A DNA stretch of 64,000 nucleotides, taken from positions 6,758,001 to 6,822,000 of the forward strand of contig CM119382.1 of assembly GCA_051294905.1 (NCBI GenBank). Reading direction: 5' to 3'. The position numbers were made by a program, and so were the translations under genes. Shown piece after piece: positions 39,275 to 50,030 of this stretch (its first letter is position 1; each line of letters starts with the position of its first letter). The notes beneath the pieces are model-generated. The model was not told where the DNA came from. It made no database searches and worked only from the letters and a program-made list of their open reading frames with translations. The stretch is from Botryllus schlosseri. Lineage: Eukaryota.

Positions 39275-39395
39275 GGTTAGGGGTTAGGGTTAGGATTAGG
39301 GTTATGTAATGTAGGGGTTAGTGTTACGGTTAGGGTTAGGATTAGTATTAGGGTTTGGATTGGGGTTAGGACTAGGATTAGGGTTAAAGTTAGGT
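39275..39395 (+). repeat. Degenerate interstitial (TTAGGG)n-like repeat inside an element with GCCGAATTTAC arrays
   Basis: GGTTAGGGTTAGGGTTAGGATTAGGG...; GCCGAATTTAC repeats at about 39145-39190 and 39432-39520. Confidence 0.75.
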
Positions 39396-39845
39396 AATGT
39401 TATTGTAACTGTTATTGTTACCCACGACCCTGGCCGAATTTACCGCGGGCCGAATTTACCGAGGGCCGAAGTGACCTGTGGCCGAATTTACGGGCCGGAT
39501 TTACCGGTGGCCGAATTTACTGGAAACCTGCTCAACGACATCAGCGAACAAGGAGCAACTCAAAACAATAACAATCTGGCCTCGGTTCCGTGTTGAACTC
39601 GCTACAGCGACGAAGTAGACAGTAATTACTCGCAACTAACGGACTTGGCCGAGCCCAGCACCAAATTTACATTTGAATCCGATGTAAGACCGCCTACGCC
39701 TGGCGACTTGGGCAAGTCATTCACTGGCTATAAGCCAGATCTAAATTAAGACTACTTTTTGAAACCCACCCTCTCGTATCATTTGATTCGGATATTAACC
39801 CCCTGGAATCTCAAGTTATTCGTAGTCATAGGAATGATAACTGTC

Positions 39846-39943
39846 TAATTGAATTTTTATGTTTTGACGTCTTGCAATTGCTCTGATTATAGTACAGCCA
39901 CGGCCGAGCAATTGCAAGACGTCAAAACGTAAAAATTCAATTA
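39846..39943. repeat. 38-bp inverted repeat with a 22-nt spacer
   Basis: Arms 39846-39883 and 39906-39943 differ at a single position, which forms a G-U pair on the + strand. Confidence 0.9.
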
Positions 39944-40137
39944 TAATATAGTTTATTGCGTTTTACTCAGTCGCGCAATCAATGAAAGGATAGTAGTATT
40001 CGAAAATACATTCGACGAACGTTTCGAAAGTCGATCGTTTCCACGAGTGCAATTCTTATATCTAGATATCAATAACCAGCTCTGCAAATCTGGAGCTTGG
40101 ATAACTGAGACTCTTGTATGCCATTAACATTATAGAC

Positions 40138-41955
40138 CAGTGGTTCTTAACCTTTTTTCCTCCAGTGCCCCCTTTCAAAAATTAATGTGCCCCAGCGCCC
40201 CCCAACCTCATATTGTAAGGAATGTAATAAAGACAATGAGTAAGAGGGAGGGCCGTAACAGCACTTAGTCAACCCCCTAAAACGATTGCCTTGCGCACCC
40301 ATAGCGTGATAAACCAAACTTCTGAAGGATTTGCCCCCAAGAACCCCGTAGCGTGATTTCGATGGTCAGCAAAGTTTGTGTGTCCTGGTCGCCCTAGGTA
40401 CCAAAATTTTCTATGATGCATGAATGAATAGGTGGTAATTAGCCTACATATATAAGTCACTATAAACGTTTTATCCTCTCAGCCCACGTAATCAGATTTA
40501 CCAGTATCGCTGAATGAGCTGTTGTATGGGAAAATGAAGGGCACGTAATTAATAATTAAACATATTTGGGCGTGTCCTTAGGTACAATTAATTCGTTACC
40601 AGGGCCGTAACAGCACTTCGTCAGCCTCCCCCAAAACAACCGTTGGTCTTGGGCCACCCATCGAGTGATAACCCAAACTTCCGGGGGTTTCGCCCCCAGA
40701 CCCCCCTTTGGCTCTCCGCCATTTGCTGAAACTAGTCATCTACATTGGGTGTCCATTTACTGAGGCAGCTATTCTCGCCTAGACGCGCGAAGCGCGATAA
40801 ATGTCACTAATTAATGATTGAATTGGTCAATATGATCGGGAATTGCATGTATATTGAGATCAATTTTTATCCTCTCTCTGCTCGCGTAAACAGATTTATC
40901 GGTAAAGCTGAGTGATGTGTGATTGAAAAATTAGGACCTCTCAATAATAATTATACATCTTCGAGCGTATACCCGTTGTCACGAACGAAACGGCACTTCG
41001 CCAGGCCCCCGAAAAAACTTGGGTCTTGGGATCCCATAGAGTGATAAACCGACCGCCCCCCATCCCGTCGTTCGCTTTTGCCAGGAATCAGCTGTAGCCT
41101 ACTGTTTAGCGAGTCAGTGCGAAGCGCGAAAACGTTCGATAATTCATAATAAAATCGGTCAGTAAGATCGGGAATTGCATATATATTGCTATCAATTTCT
41201 TGTCCTCTCTGCTCACGTTACCAGATTTACCGGTGGAGCTGAGTGAGGTGCAATGTTCCCTCTAAGCTGCGCACGTGGGCAGTGCTCAGACGGTCTCTGC
41301 GCACAAAAAATCTACGTTGCGCACAATAAATCCGAGGTTATGACCTTTTTTAGTCGTTATGCACTGTTGTCCAAGGGTCAGCGCAGACTGTGTGCAGACT
41401 CATCAAAACTTAGAGCGAACATTGTGAGGTGTCTTGGAAACTGTAGGGCCCGTAACTGATAATTCAACATATTCGGGCGGGCGAGCCCGTTGGTATCACT
41501 TCGTTGCATGATGTTATTTCGTGAGCTCCCCTCTGGTATATCAAAAATATAGAATCGCCCAACAGGGATATCGCCCAACAGGAATATCTAGTTTTAGATA
41601 TCCCTGTCGCCCAATCGTACTAAACTAAACGACGCACACGATTTCAGAGTGGTATTTCTTCACTTGCATATACTTTTTCCCTGCCAGATGGAATTCGTCT
41701 TCTGGGGTTCAGATTGCCGAGACAGGAACATTCGGTGCCAGTCATTTAGGCGCCCATGGACAATTAAACCTATATGTCTTTTGTATAGGCTATATATAAC
41801 GAAGTTTTCGGTGTTAATTTACTCTGAATTTTCATTAGGGATATGTCCTACCACCACATCATCTACTGCAAAGCCATTTTTCTCCAGCGCCCCCCATATC
41901 GCCCCCTAAGCGTTTCCGCCCCCTTCAAAATCGCAGGCAAGGTTAAGAACCACTG
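40138..41955. mobile_element. Non-autonomous hAT/Charlie element (inverted relative of 15859-17390)
   Basis: TIR CAGTGGTTCTTAACCT; TSD TTATAGAC (40130-40137, 41956-41963). Confidence 0.9.
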
Positions 41956-42385
41956 TTATAGACAATCATTCCACAATATTCAACTATGCCATTGATGCTT
42001 TCGATGCAGTGCAATATGAATAGCGGCACGCTGATCAATTCACATTCAACAATAGGACCCGCGCACAATTATGTAACCGGATTTTCGTTGAATATTGACA
42101 ACACACACAAACCGAAAGATCTCTTCTCCCTCCACATCTATGATACCGTTATCATTCCTATGACTACGAATAATTTGAGATTTCACGGGGTTAATATCCG
42201 AATCAAATGATACGAGAGTATATGTCTTTTCCAGCTTTCAGAATTTGCACTGACGCGTCTGGCCTATGTCGCAACACTACAATATGTGGCCATACAAAAC
42301 GATGTATAGTTGTTTTTCGTAGTACGATCCCTGCGACTCATTTTCAGCTCTCAGTGCAACGAAATAGGGATTAATACCCTTAGAG

Positions 42386-44980
42386 CAGTGCTTTTCAACC
42401 TGTGTGACGGTTCGCACTTGTGCGAATGAAAAAAATTGCAGCGCGCATGACGAAGGTGGTGCGAATGAGGCGAATGAAAATCCGGATCAAGTGCGAACGA
42501 AATTCGTGAATAATTGTTAAATTTTCTGACGTGGATTAATTCAGTTAAACCTAATTAGGAAATTTAAGGTCAGTGTAACTTTTATAGTTGCGACACAATT
42601 GCAAAAACTGAATACGACACACCACTAACCGAAGCTCTCACAAGCCGTAGTTCATTATTATTTTCGCACTATGATTATTACGTATATAAAGCCTGGTTTG
42701 GAAGCTGGTGCAGTGGCAGACAGTCACTAGGCTCCAAGTAACAAGTCAATCTCACTTTTATAGTTTTGACTCGAGTCAGGTCGAGTCATTTTCAATTCAC
42801 CACCGAGTCAAGTCCGAGTCCAAATCAACGATCGGAGGTTCAAGTCCGAGTCATGGTATTATGTTTCGAGTCAGAGTCCAAGTCATTGTGTTGGCTTCTC
42901 AGTTTTCAGTTAAAGTCTTGTTAAGCCCACATTTTATAACTCTGTTCCGTGATATCGAATGGTTCGCATTCATAATATACTAATTTCCCTCGCTTTTAGC
43001 AGTTTCTGGTCGCATTTTCAAGTACCAGTACCAATAGACGAAATCCCAATAGTGTGGTCACTATACTATTCTTCGAAATTACAATGAAATGTCGGTATTC
43101 GCCGTCTGAGTCTCGAGTCATATGACTTGGTTCGAGTCATGCGCAGTGACTCGAGTCCAAGTCTAGTCAATGCACAGAATGACTCGAGTCGAGTCATTTT
43201 TGTATTTTGAAAAAATGACTTGAGTCAAGTCGAGTCATCAGAAAATCGTAACTCGATTCAGACTCGAGTCATTACAACCCCGGTGGCAGACTATGACATA
43301 TCAGCCCGTTTGAGCCTGCGACAGTCTGGAAAAAATACGTCAAATTGACTTTCTGCTGTCTTTCGCTAAACAATCATTGTATTTTCATCATAACTGTTCG
43401 ATCAGCGCGAGGCACGAGGGTAGTAGTAAATACCATCATTACAGACTCACACTTGCAAGTTTCTGTAACGCAAATTTTTACCCCTTAGGGTTAATAAAGT
43501 ATGGACCGCAAAGGGTATAATTTTAATTCGACGCAGTGCCAGAGCTATCTGTTAATATGCATGTAATATTTAATTTATTGCAAAAAATCCTGCGACGGTT
43601 TATATATCTGAGATCACTGTGTTGGGTACTGTAACCAATACGCGAGACACGCAGAAAATATATGGCTATATCATGAGAATTCATGGTAAGATTTGTCCGA
43701 CTGTTTTTTATTTCTGGAAAACATGGTCGAAGACCGTTGGGATGAACTAGTGTAGGGATGTGCAACGAGCGAGTTCGGGTCTGAGACTCATTCATTTCGA
43801 GGCCAATTCCTGCGTCGGGGCACATGAAAACGTAAAGTTTTGGCGAACAAACCGCTGATAAAATGCGGTGAAAAAACCATAAGCGGCGACAAAACCTATG
43901 ATCTAAAAATCACCGATGCTGGGTGGCCAAACCTTTCGAGATGGATTGGATATGTTCCGTTGTAGGCACGGAACAGACGCGTTCTCGCAATCTGAGAAGA
44001 CAATAGTACAACTGCGACAAGAAGAGGAATTTAATTCGCCCTAATTTGAAATCGCGTGCGTCAGACATGTTTTGAAGAGCAGTGTTGGGTAGAGTTGTGG
44101 TGTGCGCGTTCCGTATGTCATACATGCCCGTAAAATCGTAGCATACAGCTGTAAAATAAATTCCTTTTCATGGGTTAGACTCGGGTCGCGGGATGCCACG
44201 AAATCTCAGATTTTGGTGATAGTCTAAAAGCTGCTTTCCGTTATGAAACTGTTACGAATACTCAAGTTGGATTGAGCTAAAGAGTAGAACACACAGTATC
44301 GTGAGTTTAATTGCTCTTTTCATACACTCGCGAGGCAGAAGTTATATAAATCGACTTTTCAATTAGATAAAATAAAAAGGGCAAAAGAAAACAGGAAACA
44401 AAAGAACATCGAGATAATCAGTTTTGGGCTCGTGTTAAGCGTCTCCAACGTAGGCGGTCGTGGGCGTGGGCAGAAGTTGGAACAATGTATCATAAGGTAG
44501 CGAGCTCTAATGTGCCAATACTCTCCTTGATCGTGTTGCACCTTATGTTCCAAGACATAAGGCAAAAAGCCTCAAAACAAACATTGGGCTTTTTATCCTT
44601 TCGACAAATTGGAGCCTCCGGGACCTTTGTGTCAGCAAGCATTTTCTCTCGCGAAAAATACGCTGTTTTTTGGATAGGAGTGCAGAAGAGATTTTACAAA
44701 CCTGGCCATCCAAGCACTAGTAGACGTTCATGTACAAATGCCAACAACATTGTTCAGCCGAGAACGGTTTTAGTGAAATAGTTGAAAGCAAAACGAGCGA
44801 GAAAAGTTGCCTTTTTAATGAGACACTTGATAGATTAAACTACATGGTAGCCAATTTGAACAAGATGTCGTTAAGCATCTTCATCTTCTGTTTGTATAAC
44901 AAGTTTCGATTAGTTTGTGCGAAACAAATTTATTTTACGAAAGAAGTGCGAACGGAGCTCAAAAAGGTTGAAAAGCACTG
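42386..44980. mobile_element. Non-autonomous hAT/Charlie element with a nested MITE
   Basis: TIR CAGTGCTTTTCAACCT; TSD CCTTAGAG (42378-42385, 44981-44988); inverted relative from 62685 to the window end. Confidence 0.85.
42721..43282. mobile_element. Nested GACTC-rich hAT MITE
   Basis: TSD GTGGCAGA (42713-42720, 43283-43290); left TIR partly deleted; body similar to 48557-49127. Confidence 0.8.
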
Positions 44981-45465
44981 CCTTAGAGCATGAAAATGGG
45001 CGTGACAATTCGGATGACGTGACTTTCGCTGATTGGTGCGTACCAAAATGGCTTCATATGTCTACTTCCATGCCACCAGACAAACCGTTTGAACTGCCTG
45101 CATTCTGGTTGCAGTTTGTGATATAACGATAAGGGGGCACGACATTTTTCATTATGATCAAGGGGGGTGTGTCTAAAAAAGTAAACGCAGTAAACGCGCC
45201 ATATCCGATGCTGACATGACTCCACCGAACGTCATTGTAGGACAATTCGTCACCCTGTAAAATGTTTACAACACAAAATTTCTCTCAACTCCACACACTA
45301 TGAAATGACATTGCTCTGAATTCCTGTCAACGTGCAATGATTTGAAATGAATCACACTGTCCTTCCTCCTACTGTGTATACAGCCTACTCCTGGATGCAA
45401 TTCACAAAGTCATAGACTACATCACGTACTTCGCAATAACGGTTTACTGGTTACGTGATCGAGGG

Positions 45466-46545
45466 ATGGCCAATCTGTCTGCAATAAAGCGCAATCTCAC
45501 GGAAGAAGTTCTCTCAAGACGTGATGTCACTGAACAACCAAAATTTCTTTCGCTTGGACACTCCAGTGCGCTCTATGTTTTCCAAGCTCTGAATATATTC
45601 ATGATGATGACAGTATTATGGATTATTACCAATATGATTGTGTTTGGAAAACGAACGGGGGTGTGGAGCTCAGTGTCGGATAAAAGAAAAGTAGATCGAG
45701 GACCCATCTTCATCTTGTGCATAATCGCAGTGGGATCGACCATACCAAGACTGGTTCTGAGTCACCTTCTTTTCTACAAAAGTTCAATTCGATATTGTGA
45801 ACAGATATTGGATGCTGGTATGGTTGCCTATGGATTGTCGACGTGGTGCATTTATTATTTCCTGTGGTTCCGTCACCGTGTGATCTACGCTCATCCGATG
45901 ATGAAAAGTGCAATTTCAAAGCGTTGGAGCGGTTGTAGCTGGTTTGTTGTCGTGTTTGGTTCAATCTCCGGTTTTGTCTGTATGTTGTTCTGGGTCTACC
46001 CAAAAGACTTTACCGACGACGGAGACCAGTGTGTTCGGATTCCTACTTCCGTTTCTGCAAGCTGGTCAACTTACCTTGACTATTATGGAGTTGCCTTTTT
46101 ACTGATCTTCAATCAAATTATGGTCTTGCTACTTTTTGTCCATCCAACGATCGTAACCGTGAGGCGTAAATGGAAGTATGAAGCCGAGTATACAAATCAT
46201 TCCTTGGAAACACGTACTATGTGTCAAACTGAAATGGAATCCAACCCAAACCGACAAGATCTCAAAATAGAATTGAGATCCCTACTGCCAATCATGCGCC
46301 GATCCGTCATCAGCTGTGTGCTATCTGTGTTGACCGATCTAGCAGTCGGTATCCTGGTTTCTACGGCATTTTCAGGCTCTGTATCCAGAGCAATTACGTT
46401 TGGAATATACGACATTGGCATGATCATTAACACTTTCTGCATGTTAACGACTTTCAACGAGCATAGTAAGATTATCTTTGCGGTATTGCGAATCTATAAT
46501 TTGTTTTGCATCAATTTAATCCGACGCCGCCGTGGTCAATGTTAA
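45466..46545 (+). CDS. Intronless orphan 7-transmembrane (GPCR-like) protein, 359 aa
   Basis: Seven hydrophobic segments; N-terminal NLS/NLT sequons; Cys before TM3 (YCEQ) and in ECL2 (DQCVR); no DRY or NPxxY; AATAAA at 46563-46568. Confidence 0.8.
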   Translation: MANLSAIKRNLTEEVLSRRDVTEQPKFLSLGHSSALYVFQALNIFMMMTVLWIITNMIVFGKRTGVWSSVSDKRKVDRGPIFILCIIAVGSTIPRLVLSHLLFYKSSIRYCEQILDAGMVAYGLSTWCIYYFLWFRHRVIYAHPMMKSAISKRWSGCSWFVVVFGSISGFVCMLFWVYPKDFTDDGDQCVRIPTSVSASWSTYLDYYGVAFLLIFNQIMVLLLFVHPTIVTVRRKWKYEAEYTNHSLETRTMCQTEMESNPNRQDLKIELRSLLPIMRRSVISCVLSVLTDLAVGILVSTAFSGSVSRAITFGIYDIGMIINTFCMLTTFNEHSKIIFAVLRIYNLFCINLIRRRRGQC

Positions 46546-47461
46546 ATGGTCATATCGTGGGGAATAAAGGCTAATAACTGATTCCTGCAACCAGGTCGAG
46601 GTCTCACAGACACCCTCGTGCAGAGAGCGTTGATGATCTGTTCGGCTAACAAACTGAATTCAGTTAGAACCTGAGACCACCCGCAGAGTGACTGTGGCTA
46701 CGTGGGAACTGGGAAGAACGAGACAACGTTTACAGGACCGCATAGAAGAGAATGTATCTACATTTATTAGAACTTCACGCGCATCTTGCTCGGAGAAAAG
46801 CTCGCCCTTGACAGGCAACTCTAAACGGCGGAACGAGCGGACTGCGGAACTAGCGGAACTTGCGATACTAAACGGCGGACCAAGCGGAACTGCGGACCGT
46901 AACAAAATAGCTCAATACTAAACGGCGGACCGCGGAACAGCGGAACATGTAATACTAAACAGCGGACCGAGCGGAACTGCGGACCGGGTGGACCATAAGA
47001 AAATAGCTCAATACTAAACGGCGGACCGCGGAACAGCGGAACATGTAATACTAAACAGCGGACGGAGCGGTACTGCGGACCGGCGGACTATCACAAAATT
47101 TGCAATGTAAACGGCGGACTACGGATCAGGCGCATCCCGTAATTTTCTCAAGTTATCTTTTCCTGGACTTTGTTGAAGCTTATATTTTGCTGAAAATTTT
47201 GTCAAGTAGTTTTATTTTGTCAAGTAATGTAATTCTTCAACGTCTAGTTATGAGTTACGACACAATTTTACTTTATTCCATGTCGTTTTGTACTTTATAT
47301 GTTTTGTATTTCTAAAATGTAGTAAACTTTTAATGGTCATGACATTGTATGACACCGGACCACAGTGTCAGTTCTATAATAGAACTTCTATTAGCAATTT
47401 CATCATTTCAAAAGACTGCAACACTGCGATACAATGAAAAGATAGGAAGTTGTCGAATGGA

Positions 47462-47830
47462 CGGTGGAGATAGCGCAGTGGAGCGCTCACCAATCTGGCG
47501 GACCTGGTTCGATTCCGGTGGTCGGAGGTTCATCTGGGCTCCTCTCCCCCCGCCGTTGCCGTTCTTACGACAACAATAAAAAGCCCAGTAAAAGACCCAA
47601 CGAAAGAAAGCACTCACAAGGAATGGAAAGAACCAGAAGTATAAAGGGCCTCAACAAGTTCAAGATCGAAAAGAACTGCGTGACATCGGACACTAGGCCC
47701 AGGTGGATGTCAGATTAAAAGGATCGCAACTGTATGCGTTTCGTTTGACATCGTCCTATCTGTTCATCACTTGGCATTGTGTCTTATCGCATTGTACATT
47801 GTGTGTAACTATAGATGATAAATATAACCC
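47462..47830 (+). mobile_element. tRNA-derived SINE, possibly with a LINE-like tail (cargo of the foldback element)
   Basis: A-box TAGCGCAGTGG and B-box GGTTCGATTCC. The 3' extent is approximate. Confidence 0.55.
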
Positions 47831-48556
47831 AACTATATTATCCTCTTATTGTCCTGGACTGTGGTAATCAGTTTACACCAGAATACACAGATCAAAGGTA
47901 CTTCATCTGATGTCCCCGTGGGAAAATTAAGTCATTTTCAACTAAGACTGTGAGAACCATAAAAGAAGTTGACCAGCGTAGTAGCTGTGACATCCATAAT
48001 CTGACATACCTTCAAGCACTGATTTAATGAGCCGTTCGCAGTTTCACATTACGTTCACTTCGTACTTACACCTGCATGGCTTAATCTTTGAGACAAGCAT
48101 ATTCATCTTTGTCTGTTATTACATTTGTTCAGTCAGTCCACGATTTGCGTTTGGGTAATCTGTCGTCTGACCCGTCGTTTTCATTGAAAAATCCTTCTGG
48201 GGTTTGTATACGAAGTTGTTATAAGTTTCCCTTGCCAAATTATCGTGTTCGAGCAACAAAACTACTTTTTACATGTATAGTAAGTAAACAGTAAACAGTT
48301 CGTATTTCAACTTTAAATTAAACGGTTATTTTTGATATAGTCCAGAAACGTAACCACTGGAAGAGTGAGCAGATGAAAACCTACTGGCATGTCCCAAAAT
48401 ACAAAGTGCTTTCCTTATTTAGCTATATAGACTAAGAGCACCATCACCGACGTGATGGAAACATCCATCGAAAAGAGAGCATCAGAGTTAGCTAGTTACA
48501 TTTCATTATAATTACTACTCAAGTAGAAACAATTGAATAGTATATTCATATTGAAA

Positions 48557-49127
48557 CAGGGTTGTAACCAAGTCACAAGGCTCCGAGTCACAAGTCAATC
48601 TCACTTTTATAGTCTTGTCTCGAGTCAAGTCGAGTCATTTTCAATTCACCACCGAGTCAAGTCCGAGTCCAAGTCAGCGAGCAGAGGGTCGAGTCCGAGT
48701 CATGATATTATGACTCGAGTCCGAGTCCAAGTCATTGTGTTGACTGCTAAGTTTCCAGTTGAAGTCTTGTTAAACCTACTTTTTACAACTCTACTTGGTG
48801 ATATCGAATGGTTCGCATTAATAATATAAAAATTTTGCTCACTTTTAGCAATTTCTGGTCGCATTTTCAAGTACTCGTACCAATAGACGAAATCCCAATA
48901 GGGTGATTATACTTTACTATTCTTCAAAATTACAATGAATTGTCGGTCTTGGCCGTCTGAGTCTCGAGACATATGACTTGGTTCGAGTCATGCGTAATGA
49001 CTCGAGTCCAAGTCGAGTCAATACACAAATTGACTCGAGTCGAGTCGAGTCATTTCCGTATTTTCATAAAATGACTCGAGTCAAGTCGAGTCATCAGATT
49101 ATCGGGACTCGAGTCATTACAACTCTG
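48557..49127. mobile_element. GACTC-rich hAT MITE inserted in the PLE pLTR
   Basis: TIR CAGGGTTGTAA/TTACAACTCTG; TSD TATTGAAA (48549-48556, 49128-49135). Confidence 0.9.
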
Positions 49128-49138
49128 TATTGAAATGA

Positions 49139-49182
49139 ACCCGAATATTTTCGGCTGACACTCGTCAGGGGTAATCGTCAGC
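49139..49182 (-). ncRNA. Minimal hammerhead ribozyme motif (second complete copy)
   Basis: Reverse complement GCTGACGATTACCCCTGACGAGTGTCAGCCGAAAATATTCGGGT is identical to 7374-7417. Confidence 0.7.
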
Positions 49183-49813
49183 AACTAGTAGAGAATTCAA
49201 AAGAACAGCGTATATCAACAATCATAACACAAAATATGACGTTACCAGCACCCTAAGCACGTCCCTAAATCAGCATGTTCCTAGATTCATTAGAACACGC
49301 TCGGCGAAAAGCTCACCCTTAACTCATCCGCTCAAGATCAAAGGCCATAAATTCTGCAATTGGCAAACACTTGTTGGATAATCCCGCCTGTGCAAAAAAT
49401 TAGCGAGACGACAGATTTCGCATACTCGGAAAGGGTCGCTCACACTTTTATTTGTGTGCCTTTGGAGTCGACTTTTATCAAAATGCACCAGCCAAGGCTG
49501 TGTCAACAAAAAGAGTTCGTGTATCATCTAAAAATAGTACATTGAACGCTCTCGTATTCGACATTTCTTGCAGGTGACGTCATATTCTGTGTCACGATTG
49601 TTGATATACGCTGTTCTTTTGAATTCGCTACTAGTTGCTGACGATTACCCCTGACGAGTGTCAGCCGAAAATATTCAATTGTATATTGAAGTTCTGTACC
49701 TCCAAGAAGCTATTCAAGTAGAAACATACATAGAAATTTCCCCTCGATCAGAGATAGTCGATAGGGCCTATATACCATGTCTGTGGTGTGTTAGTAGAGT
49801 ACTGCAATGCAAT

Positions 49814-50030
49814 CAGGACATCATGTTTGGGGTATGTTTGGAGTGTGTTGGTACTGTGTTGCAACACGGACATCATGTCTGGGGTATGTTTGGGGTGTGT
49901 TCGTACTGTGTTACAACTCGGACATCATGTCTGAGGTATGTTTGAGGTGTGTTCGTACTGCAGTGCAACCTGGACATCAAGTCTGGGGTATGTTTGGGGT
50001 GTGTTGGTACTACATTGCCACACTTGAAGA
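49814..50030. repeat. About 52-bp minisatellite, 4 copies
   Basis: GGACATCATGTCTGGGGTATGTTTGGGGTGTGTTGGTACTG... repeated in tandem. Confidence 0.85.

Larger units (their letters stand above)
48520..49690. mobile_element. Penelope-like remnant with an inverted pLTR pair
   Basis: Minus-strand pLTR (about 49250 to 48520, interrupted by a MITE), then a plus-strand endonuclease C-terminus (ESTFIKMHQPRLCQQKEFVYHLKIVH) and pLTR to 49676. Confidence 0.75.

Noticed and set aside
39321-39596. Gly/Leu-rich ORF (LGLGLGL)
   Set aside because: It is simply the translation of degenerate TTAGGG repeats.
46820-47125. CRISPR-like or protein-coding tandem repeats (ORFs 46660-46921 and 50137-50441)
   Set aside because: There are no unique spacers or cas genes. 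The units are modules of a foldback TIR mirrored at 50140-50449, and the ORFs are repeat translations.
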